NCBI GenBank assembly: GCA_963744145.1
Contig: CAVUSO010000001.1
Span: forward strand, 640,001-704,000
Origin: an uncultured cyanobacterium
GTDB lineage: Bacteria > Cyanobacteriota > Cyanobacteriia > Cyanobacteriales > CAWUOF01
Length of the DNA stretch: 64,000 bases
Direction: 5' to 3'
Under the pieces are notes generated by a model. The model did not search any database. It saw only the letters and a program-made list of their open reading frames with translations, and was not told where the DNA came from. Within the stretch, counting starts at the first letter, position 1; each line of letters opens with the position of its first letter. Shown one piece after another: positions 43,577-52,639 of the stretch. A program made the translations under genes and the position numbers.

Positions 43577-44300
43577 TTATTCTGGCTCAATTTCTAACTT
43601 GCCGATAATTTTGGGCAAATTAACAGACATTGGTAAACAGATGTGATGATCTGATTGAGTGCTGATTAATCCTAATATTCGCAATCTACCCATTAAACGG
43701 GTGACTGTTACTCGAGTAGAACCAATAGCACTACCAATTTGAGCATGAGTGAGAGACCAGGGTAGACAGTAACCATCGTCACAAGGAATGCCAAATTCGC
43801 CAATTAATAAGGTGAGAAATCCTAACAAACGATCAATAGTGCGGCGCTGTCCCAAGGTACTGAGCCAGAGCAGTTTACGTTGATGTTGATAGCGAAATGC
43901 TGCTAATACTTCACTACGGAAATGGGGCCAATTGTCTGAAATCTTGCCAGTACATCCAGAGGACTGAGGTCTGATCAATATGAGCATAACTGGCTAGTGT
44001 AAAAGGTGGCTGAGTGATGATTTCAAAGGGTTCACCAGGACCAATAAAGCCCAAAAAAGATTCCTCAGTCTGGATCGGAGCTAAGGATGATGCGGAATTT
44101 GGAGTGGTCGCATCATGGTTAGATGTGGCTACTAATCTGACTGCACCCCGTTGAACTAAATAAAGTAACCCCGCACGAGTGGGGATTTTTTCATCTTTCT
44201 GAAAATCTCGACATCGGTAGTGTGATTCTGCCCAGTCTAAAATTGGTTGCCAAGTTAAAAAGGGTCGGGTTGCCTCTGCTAATGAGGAAATAGAATACAT
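43577..44300 (-). CDS. Crp/Fnr-family transcriptional regulator; +1 frameshift near 43939
   Basis: LYLVQRGAVRL cNMP-like domain; LTHAQIGSAIGSTRVTVTRLM HTH; repaired junction WQDLDNWPHFR. Confidence 0.88.
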
Positions 44301-44555
44301 AAAAATCGACAGATGAAGATAGCTCGAAATTTGCCTGAGATCCCAATTGACCGTTCGTTAATTAGGTTGGATTTTAGTTCTCCCTAAAACTCATTTATAT
44401 TCAGGATGATCTAGATCAACTATATAGAATAAATGCTTAAGAATAACCTGGTTGTTTCTCAGCATTTCTGCTGGATCAAGTTTTTACACTTAAAAGTCCC
44501 ATCGTCAGATTGAGAAAAATTAACAAGATCAAGCAAAACTTAGAGATGGTAGATC

Positions 44556-45398
44556 GTGAATTTAGGTTTAGTTAAATTAGATCAGCTCGGAATTAAACAA
44601 TTGCTGCGCCAGGGGTTGATGGCGGAATTAAGTTTGGCTCAGGATCAATTAAAATTATTTATGCCTGAGACGATGGTGATTCCCTTACTTAGAGCCAAAG
44701 ATGAGCAAAGAGTGTTTTATATCAGTGCGATCGCTTATAAATTAGCTCAACTCGATCAGATCCCTACCCAGGAAGTGGCAATTAGGTTAGCGACTCATTT
44801 GTCTGATTTATCGATAATTTCCCCAGATGGAAGACTGGAGTTAGAATTTGCAGTTGAGGTGGTTGGTCCGGGTTGGATTCACTTCCAGTTAAGCGATCGC
44901 AGTTTGGCTGATTGGTTACAAGGGATCATCCAGGGGGTTTGGTCAGTCAAGGGACAGTTACCAGATGCGATCGGGGTTTCTGAGAGTTTATTTCTGAGCC
45001 AATATGCTCATGCTCGTTGCTGTTCTTTGTTACGTTTAGCTCAAAGAGAAAGAATTATTGCCCTTGACCCAGCACCAGTGATCCCTTGGTTAAACTCTCG
45101 CGGACAATTACAATTACAAAAACCAGCAGAGTTAAAATTAATTGTCCAGCTAGTAGATCTCCTTGATGTTGTTTGCTGTCCTACTCGTGCGATCGGAACT
45201 CAGGATTTGATCAAATTAGCTAATACTTTGAGTCGATCCTTTACAGAATTTCATCGTTATTGTCAAATTTGGGGTGAAGTCCAGCAGATCAACCCGCAGA
45301 TATCGATAGTCCGACTTGGGTTGGTCATGGTTACCCAAAAAATTTTGCAGTTAATTTTAGAAACTTTTTTAGGTGTTTACAGTCCAGAGGAACTCTAA
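44556..45398 (+). CDS. ArgRS-related protein with N-terminal domain plus DALR anticodon-binding domain, no catalytic core
   Basis: GPGWIHF, QYAHARCCSLLR, FTEFHRYCQI, RLGLV...LG..SPEEL; no HIGH/KMSKS. Confidence 0.85.
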   Translation: MNLGLVKLDQLGIKQLLRQGLMAELSLAQDQLKLFMPETMVIPLLRAKDEQRVFYISAIAYKLAQLDQIPTQEVAIRLATHLSDLSIISPDGRLELEFAVEVVGPGWIHFQLSDRSLADWLQGIIQGVWSVKGQLPDAIGVSESLFLSQYAHARCCSLLRLAQRERIIALDPAPVIPWLNSRGQLQLQKPAELKLIVQLVDLLDVVCCPTRAIGTQDLIKLANTLSRSFTEFHRYCQIWGEVQQINPQISIVRLGLVMVTQKILQLILETFLGVYSPEEL

Positions 45399-45475
45399 CC
45401 CAGCTTGATTAGTCTTGATTATTCAAGGGTTAGTCGAGTTTTACTAATCAATTAGACAAAAAAAATTAATAATAC

Positions 45476-45504
45476 TTGACAAATTCCAGATGAAGCGATA
45501 TATT
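45476..45504 (+). promoter_or_regulatory. sigma70-type promoter of the Yfr2-like RNA
   Basis: TTGACA-17nt-TATATT, 6 nt before GTGTGAGGAG. Confidence 0.8.
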
Positions 45505-45510
45505 TTACCT

Positions 45511-45575
45511 GTGTGAGGAGCGAACCAGTAAGAACACCGAGACGAAACACGGCCAGTCGTCGGTGTTCTTTCTGA
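45511..45575 (+). ncRNA. yfr2: Yfr2-family cyanobacterial small RNA
   Basis: 5' GTGTGAGGAG; stem AAGAACACCGA/TCGGTGTTCTT enclosing a GAAACA-containing loop; consensus promoter upstream. Confidence 0.8.
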
Positions 45576-45584
45576 TGTATAACC

Positions 45585-46457
45585 TTAGAAAATGAATTTT
45601 TTGATCGCTGTAACCACTCCATCTTGTTCAACTTCTGGTGCTACCCATTGAGAAAAAGCTTTGACTGGTTCTGGAGCATTTCCCATCGCGACACCAATTC
45701 CAGCATATTCAAGCATTTCCACATCGTTAAAATTATCACCAATGACCATCACATTAGCCGCTTGTAACCCTAATATTTCCTCAGCTAAATAACGCACTGC
45801 TGTTCCTTTATTGACTAAAGGATTAGTAGCTTCAAAAAAATTAGCCACAGAAGTAGTGAGATATAATTCTGCTGGGGTGTAGCGTTGACGTAGAGTCCCA
45901 ATCAGATGGTCAATTATAGCAATATCATCACTAAGGGCTAAGATTTTGGTGGGTTCAGTAGTTAAAACTTGACGTAGATCACCAACGGGAATGGGTTGAA
46001 TCCCGGAACGTTGAGCATAAAGTTCAGTTTCTGGGGTTAATTCCCGAACATATAATTCCTCATTGATATAAAAGTGGACAGAAAGAGCAGAACGAAGTTC
46101 AGGTTGCTCGAAATAGTCTAACAGTTGTAAAGCCGCAGGGATGGAAACTGGTAGGTGACGATAAATTTGTTCGGTGGTAGGATCTTTAATCAGCGCTCCC
46201 TGGTAGGAAATGAGGGGAAGAATGGAATTGATTTCTTGATGAAAGCGCAAAGCAGAACGGTACATTCTCCCAGTCGCGATCGCAACCGGTATTCCCTTAG
46301 CTTGAACAGCTTGGATTGCTTGTTTTACTGGTTGACTAATCTCGTTTGATTCTCCTACGATAGTACCATCAATATCTAGCACTAGGAGTTGAATATTGCT
46401 CGATGTGCTAATCGAGTGAGTAGCTGAGGTTGATTGACCGATCGGTGTTGGCTGCAT
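45585..46457 (-). CDS. Cof-type HAD hydrolase
   Basis: LDIDGT, IATGR, NKG, IGDNFNDVEM, VAMGNA. Confidence 0.93.
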   Translation of the reverse strand: MQPTPIGQSTSATHSISTSSNIQLLVLDIDGTIVGESNEISQPVKQAIQAVQAKGIPVAIATGRMYRSALRFHQEINSILPLISYQGALIKDPTTEQIYRHLPVSIPAALQLLDYFEQPELRSALSVHFYINEELYVRELTPETELYAQRSGIQPIPVGDLRQVLTTEPTKILALSDDIAIIDHLIGTLRQRYTPAELYLTTSVANFFEATNPLVNKGTAVRYLAEEILGLQAANVMVIGDNFNDVEMLEYAGIGVAMGNAPEPVKAFSQWVAPEVEQDGVVTAIKKFIF

Positions 46458-46548
46458 GATTTAATTAGGTAAGTCGGTAGTTAGACAAACAAGGTCATTA
46501 AGATTAGCTGCTCAGACACAATAATTTTCTCATAACCAAGATACTACG

Positions 46549-47397
46549 TTGAAGATCAAAGAAAATCTGCATCATCATCTCATTCAGATCGTGCGCGATC
46601 GCGATCCTTACCTGTCATCTGCTGGTCATTTCTATGTCCAGGAATATATTCGTCAAGAACTACAACAATGGGGAGAAGTTATTAATCACGAATTTCAGTT
46701 CAGGGGGACGACCCATTACAATCTTGTGTTGGATTTACCTACAGCTAATCCGCTTAATAAAAAGAAATTAGCACCGATTTTGATTGGGGCTCATTACGAT
46801 GCTGTCCCAGGGACACCGGGAGCAGATGATAATGCAACTGGGGTAGCAGTATTGTTGGAATTAGCAAGAGAATTTGCTACTAATCCAGTGAAATATCCCC
46901 TCCGATTGGTAGCTTTTGACTTAGAAGAATTGGGATTGTTAGGTAGTGCTGCTTATGCTCAGGATTTGCGGCAGCAAGGACAACCTTTGTCAATGATGTT
47001 ATCTTTAGAAATGCTGGGATATTGCGCTCGATCTGCTCATTCCCAAAGTTATCCACCAGGACTAGAATCTTTTTACCCAAACTCCGGAGATTTTATCGCT
47101 TTGGTAGGGAATTTACAGACAATTCCCAGGATGATCGGTCTAAGTCGTGATCTGAAGGAATCAGGAACCCCTTGTGAATGGTTACCAGTACCCCTAGGAG
47201 GTTCGACTATTCCTTATACCAGACTTAGTGATCATGCTCCTTTTTGGGATCATGGTTATCCAGCAATGATGGTAACTGATACGGCTTTTTTACGCAATCC
47301 CCATTATCATCAAAACAGCGATCGCATTGATACCCTTGATTTAGATTTTCTGACGAGTGTTTGTCAAGGATTGATCTTGGGAATTAATCGTTGGTAG
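46549..47397 (+). CDS. M28-family peptidase
   Basis: GAHYD, GADDNATG, LEE, SLEMLG, SDHAPF, HYH. Confidence 0.92.
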   Translation: MKIKENLHHHLIQIVRDRDPYLSSAGHFYVQEYIRQELQQWGEVINHEFQFRGTTHYNLVLDLPTANPLNKKKLAPILIGAHYDAVPGTPGADDNATGVAVLLELAREFATNPVKYPLRLVAFDLEELGLLGSAAYAQDLRQQGQPLSMMLSLEMLGYCARSAHSQSYPPGLESFYPNSGDFIALVGNLQTIPRMIGLSRDLKESGTPCEWLPVPLGGSTIPYTRLSDHAPFWDHGYPAMMVTDTAFLRNPHYHQNSDRIDTLDLDFLTSVCQGLILGINRW

Positions 47398-47416
47398 GGA
47401 GATTAATTTTGATCAT

Positions 47417-47542
47417 TAGACAAGAAAGAAAAAGTCCTGATTGATCTATTTATTGACAGGCAAGATGCCTGTCCCACCAGAATAAATAACTTTTGTGGGA
47501 CAGGCATCTTGCCTGTCCTATTTATTGTTGCTTTCTTGTCTA
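47417..47542. mobile_element. MITE-like element, copy B, with 12-bp terminal inverted repeats
   Basis: TAGACAAGAAAG...CTTTCTTGTCTA; same internal REP-like pair as the copy at 34326. Confidence 0.8.
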
Positions 47543-47683
47543 TTAGAGCAAAGCATTTGTGGGACAGGCATCTTGCCTGTCCTATTTATTGTTGCTTTCT
47601 TGTCTATTAGAGCAAAGCATTTGTGGGACAGGCATCTTGCCTGTCCTATTTATTGTTGCTTTCTTGTCTATTAGAGCAAAGCA
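47492..47683. repeat. Three exact 64-bp tandem copies (right half of the MITE plus the last 13 nt of the GH13 gene)
   Basis: Units at 47492, 47556 and 47620. Confidence 0.92.
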
Positions 47684-49697
47684 TATACTTTAGCTTCCCA
47701 AGGGAAAATCGCTTCTTTACCAACTTTATTACCAGGAACTATTCGTTCTTGAGTAATTTCTTTCCATTGCTTACCGATCGGTGTTAATGGCCAATTTGTC
47801 ACTATATATTCTGCGCCATGACTCTGGGGATTAGGAGTGCTATAATCGGAAAAATTAGCCACGACAACTACTAATTTATCTCCCTCACCTCTTTGCCAAG
47901 CTAACACTCGTTTACCACCATTCAAATCAACATGAATAAACTTGGTATCATTTACAGCTAAAGCATCAGAATTGGTACGAAAGCGAACTAATCTAGATAC
48001 ATACTTGAAGATCCGTTGACGCCAATCATCTTTTAGGCGACTATAATTAACAGGATCAATTTGTTTATTCATCTCTCCTTGTTTGGGCTGGTTGATATCT
48101 AAATCCATTTGATCTGCAAATTCATCACCAGCTAAAATCATGGGAATCCCAACCGCAGTTAATAAGCAAACAAAAGCTAATTTAATCCGCGGTTCTGCAT
48201 AGATGACACCATTGTTAATTAAGTAGTTGAAAAAGCGTTCGTTTCCAAAACCACCAACATCGTGAGAAGTTAAGTAATTGACAGCTTGGGTCCCATCGGT
48301 AAAACCTAAATTGCGACAGTCGATTAATTTACGAACACTCCATTCAAAACTCGAATCACCTAAAGCAGTTTTACCTAAAATTACTTGACGAATAATCTGT
48401 TTAAATTTTTCATTCCATAATCCATCTAAACGATTTTGTTTGATTAGAGCTAGGGGAACACTTAATTCTTCTCCTACTACTAGAAAGCGATCACTACTAC
48501 CTCCCCGTTCTTTCCAGAATCTCATGGGCAAAATCTTTAAATTCTTGCAAAAAGTCATAGTTAGCAATATTATTAACACTATCTAGACGCAAACCATCGA
48601 CTCGATAGTAGGTTAACCAATGAGCAATATAAGTTTTTAGATATTCCCGAGCAGGAACAAAGGATGATTTTTGTCCGGTGATCGGATGATAACCATTGAC
48701 CCAGAAATTGTATTTAAACAAATCTCCACCAAATCCATCTCGATGTTTTTCTTCCGGATCTCCACTGCCAACTTTAACATAAAAATCAAAAAAATTAATA
48801 TTGTGGTAAGGATTATTGCGGGAAAAAGCCATGACTACATCGAGAAAAAAGCGTAATCCATTTTGATGACAAGCTTTAATTAAATTAACTAAATTATTAG
48901 TAGCATTAGAGGGTTGAGATGCGGGTACTCCTGGTGGACGACCGAGATAGAAACTAGCTGAAAAATAGTTAGCAGTTCCATATCCCCAGGTGAGATCATC
49001 ATCACTATCTGCTGGAGGTAAAAGTTCGAGGGCATTAATTCCTAATTCTAGTAAATGAGCGCGATTATTTAAAGTAGTAACCGTGGGAAAACTAGGAGGA
49101 TTTTGGTTAGATATTAATAAAGCTAATACATCTTGAAATGTGCCATTACCTATTTCTGTAGTTCCGGTTGAGCGACTATGACTCCAACGAGTTGGTAATT
49201 CATAAATGACTAATCGATTATTTGGCGATCGGGATGGTAAAGGAGGATCACCTTGCCAATTGACGGTTTTTCCATCAGCATCACAAGGTATCAATTCACC
49301 ATTTTTATATAGCACAACACTGGCTGGATCGAAACTAGGAAATCCACCAAAGACAAAAGGGATTGGTGCAGAAAAACGTCGGTCAACTGTCCAAGCGATC
49401 GGATCGGTACAGTAGACAACTTCGATGAAACTCAAGATATTATAGGCGTCAGTATTGTGGACTTTAAACCAGTAAAAATAGACTTGTCCATTATTAAGCT
49501 TACATTTTTTAGCTTCTACCTGCCAAAGTTCTGGAAAATCTGGACATTGTTCCAAAGGAATTTCCCGAATTTTTTTTAAGTTGAGGGACTTAGATTTTGC
49601 TAATTGTGCTAGGTAAAGAGTTGGTTGAGGATAATTTTTACCTGGACAGCCATAAAATAAAATGAGTTTTCTTGCGATTTAATAAATCAACAGCCAT
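47671..49697 (-). CDS. GH13 alpha-amylase/branching-enzyme-like glycoside hydrolase; frameshifts near 49650 and 48521
   Basis: IYEL, LGINALELLP, WGY, DVV, VDGLRLDSV, VGEEL, YLTSHD, GIPMILAGDEF; probable true start ATG 49697 (MAVDLLNRKKTHFILW). Confidence 0.85.
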
Positions 49698-49780
49698 AAC
49701 TGAACTTCCCCTGAGTGAACATAAGTCTATATTACATTATTTTTTCCTATAAAAAATTTTGGCTTGAGCTAAATGATTGA

Positions 49781-49903
49781 CCTAACCCCCCAACCCCCTT
49801 CCCTAAGAGGGAAAGGGGAGTAATTAAGATGGTTAAATTAATGGGAGATTTATTGGATTTATTCTGCTCCCCTTTCCTTTTAGGAGAGGGGTTGGGGGAG
49901 AGT
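49781..49903. repeat. Long imperfect palindromic intergenic repeat (CCCCCAACCCC...AAAGGGGAG / CTCCCCTTT...GGGGTTGGGGG)
   Basis: Mirror-image arms at ~49786-49820 and ~49867-49899. Confidence 0.7.
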
Positions 49904-49962
49904 TCAAACAACTTTTATGGTACAATTAAACGGCATTAGTATTGATAGTGGATATTTCAAAT

Positions 49963-51813
49963 ATGCAAGACAACAATAATAATTTATTCGGGCAAGTTTA
50001 TTTTATCAGACATGGGGAAAGCACTAGCAATGAACGTAATATTTTTGCAGGGGTTTTAGATGTTCCACTTACTCCCTACGGTGAATTACAAGCACATCGT
50101 GCAGGAATCGATCTACAAACAAAGGGGATCAAGTTTGATGTAGTATATGTTTCCCATCTGAAACGTGCAAGACAAACCTGTGAAATAGTTCTTGCTACCA
50201 GTCAAACTCTTAAATCAGCAGATATTCCGATTCAGATTGACTATCGAATTAGTGAGCGATCACAAGGTATTTTTACCAACCGAAATAAAAATCTAGTTCG
50301 TTTAACTCTTGGTTATGAAAGTTTTGAAGAACTATTACATTCATATAATGAATTACCTCCCAATGGGGAAAAAATTGCTCAAGTTTATGCTCGGGTAGTG
50401 GCTTTTTATGAAGAGCGAATTATCCCCCATTTAGAACGAGGAGAAAATGTTTTAGTAGTCTGCCATGAATATATATTAGAACCTTTGTCAGTTTATTTAA
50501 GCGGTTTACCAGCAACTGCATATAAACGTCTAAAACTTCCTAATGCTAAAGCACTAAGTTGTGAAGACTTAATCAAATTTCGTGATTATGAATCTAGTCA
50601 AGGGGCAGAATTACGGAAAAAGATTAATGATCTTTTAACTATGTGGGCTATTCCCTTATATGCGATCGCATTTTTGCTTGGTAGTTTAGTAAAAGTAGTG
50701 AGTAGATCAGCAGAAATACCATCAAATATATTTATAGCAATAACCGTTACTGGTCTGGCTATTGCCACGTTTTATACTTATCTAAGTATTGATTTTCAAG
50801 AGAGTAAAGAACAAGTTAATCCTAAGATTAAGTATATAGTTTATTTCTGGATGTTAGCTCGATATTTAATCGGATTATTATTGATATTTTCTGGAATTTT
50901 AGATCAGAACTATGAAGATTTGGATAAAATTTTATGGGTAATTTTTTGGATGATGCCACCTGCATTAACATCCCCAGTTTTATCTCTTCTATGGGGTGGC
51001 AATCTTTATCCAGCTGCGATATTGTCAAGAACATTGTCGATGATTGCTCCCTTAGCACTAATTGCGATCTTGAGCATGGCGAAATTACCAATTAGTGTTA
51101 AAAGTCTGAACTTTTTTTATTTGATTCTAGTATTGGGATTAGCGATCCCAGCATTAATAGCTCAATTATGGCGTTCCCAATCTCCTGTTCAATCACATCA
51201 TCATAGTAACGAATGGAAATTTATCGGAGTGATGGCGATCGGGTTAATTAATATTGCGATCGGATTTCAATTTACCAAATCAACATTAATTTCGGATATA
51301 TTCTTATCAGTTGATCCTCGTGGTTCAGGAGCTTGTTTGAAGCAGCTAATCATCGCAATTATTATATTTCTCCTGCTCCGGATCTTAGCTATGTTAACTG
51401 CGATCGTTTCTAAACGCTGGCTCAATGCAGCGGAAGCACAGGATATTTATATACTGCTGACCAATCCAAATTTTCTACTTTGGGCTGCTCTGTTCAGTGG
51501 AGTAACTATTGATAATGGCAATCTAACATCTTTAAACTATCAAGTTTTTTGGGCAGCTATGGGATTCTATTGTCTGCCATTTTTTGATCAGTTATTTATC
51601 GTGAATCACTATAGCAGTGACTTATTACGAGAAACGTTAAAGCTATCTCAAATCGCCATGGAAGATGTCAAGAAAATTTTCCTTCAATCCTATAGTAATC
51701 AAGAAATTAATAAAGATGAGTTCGTGGAGTTTTTAGGTAAAATGGAAGATGTTACATTAGGTGAGCGTACTCCTGAAGAACTGAGAAGACATATTGCTGA
51801 TTATTACCTTTAA
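49963..51813 (+). CDS. Histidine phosphatase (phosphoglycerate-mutase-like) fused to a multi-TM transporter-like domain and an EF-hand-like tail; possibly 3'-truncated
   Basis: RHGES, SHLKRARQT, ISER, VVCH; about 9-10 TM helices with MPPALTS...WGGN. Confidence 0.75.
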   Translation: MQDNNNNLFGQVYFIRHGESTSNERNIFAGVLDVPLTPYGELQAHRAGIDLQTKGIKFDVVYVSHLKRARQTCEIVLATSQTLKSADIPIQIDYRISERSQGIFTNRNKNLVRLTLGYESFEELLHSYNELPPNGEKIAQVYARVVAFYEERIIPHLERGENVLVVCHEYILEPLSVYLSGLPATAYKRLKLPNAKALSCEDLIKFRDYESSQGAELRKKINDLLTMWAIPLYAIAFLLGSLVKVVSRSAEIPSNIFIAITVTGLAIATFYTYLSIDFQESKEQVNPKIKYIVYFWMLARYLIGLLLIFSGILDQNYEDLDKILWVIFWMMPPALTSPVLSLLWGGNLYPAAILSRTLSMIAPLALIAILSMAKLPISVKSLNFFYLILVLGLAIPALIAQLWRSQSPVQSHHHSNEWKFIGVMAIGLINIAIGFQFTKSTLISDIFLSVDPRGSGACLKQLIIAIIIFLLLRILAMLTAIVSKRWLNAAEAQDIYILLTNPNFLLWAALFSGVTIDNGNLTSLNYQVFWAAMGFYCLPFFDQLFIVNHYSSDLLRETLKLSQIAMEDVKKIFLQSYSNQEINKDEFVEFLGKMEDVTLGERTPEELRRHIADYYL

Positions 51814-51827
51814 AAATACTGACTATA

Positions 51828-52030
51828 CCTGTAAGTAATAAATTTCCCGAATCAATCCCACCATCGCAACCACAACATTTCCTGATTTTGATACCTACCT
51901 TGCCATAATCCTAACTCTACATTTAAAGGGTCAATTACATAGCGACCACAAGGATTAGGAGCTAACTGCTGATACATTTTATTGATCAGTCGATAGACTT
52001 CTAGTTTCCCTGTTTTAATTTCATATAGGT
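51828..52030 (-). pseudogene. Uma2-family endonuclease C-terminal remnant
   Basis: YEIKTGKLEVYRL...GRYVIDPLNVELGLWQGRYQNQEMLWLRWWD* then shifted GNLLLTG. Confidence 0.75.
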
Positions 52031-52060
52031 CATACTCATGCTGACAGATTGTAGGTTATA

Positions 52061-52517
52061 TATACAGCGGATTCTATGTTGATGAAGTACAGTAAGATTT
52101 GGCGTGAATGGCGATCAGTTAAAGTCTATTGTGATTGATCTGTGTTGGTTGGGCGGGTTTTTGATGGTGATCTGTTTGGAGCAAAATTAATTGGTGAACC
52201 CGCCCCTACAAATCCTGCTTGATTGTGAGCATAAATTCATCGACCAGACATTTTTATGAGCGAAATTCATCTTGAATTTCAGGTTTTTTGGTAAATCAGA
52301 CCAGATCCGAATCGGTTTATCACCTGTAGGGGCGGGTTCACCGATGAATCAGCCACATACAAATAACCCTTGTGCCGAGCGCAGTCGAGGTATTAATGAA
52401 CCCGCCCTGCCCCACAGATCACCGGGCTGAACTCACCCCATCCACATCTCAGACAACAATGTCTCGACTACGCTCGACACAAGTGGTATACTTCACCAAC
52501 CTGGAATAAGCTGTATA
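52061..52517. mobile_element. ~457-bp MITE-like composite with ~30-bp imperfect TIRs and two inverted REP-like doublets
   Basis: Left TATACAGCGGATTCTATGTTGATGAAGTAC vs right (revcomp) TATACAGCTTATTCCAGGTTGGTGAAGTAT, 24/30; GAACCCGCCCCTACA and TGTAGGGGCGGGTTC inside. Confidence 0.7.
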
Positions 52518-52639
52518 TGTGCTAATATTTTGAGCGATAAAGAACAATCTCAATTATCCTTATTATCAATTGCGAAGTTTAACTGAACTGGATTGAACTA
52601 TAAACAGATTCAGAATCAACTATTAAAAAATCTAATCAG

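Noticed and set aside
47492..47683. Possible CRISPR array
   Set aside because: Exact tandem 64-bp copies with no unique spacers.
16300..48530. Programmed ribosomal frameshifting in the split genes
   Set aside because: No slippery heptamers at the junctions and unrelated genes are affected alike; sequencing error is simpler.
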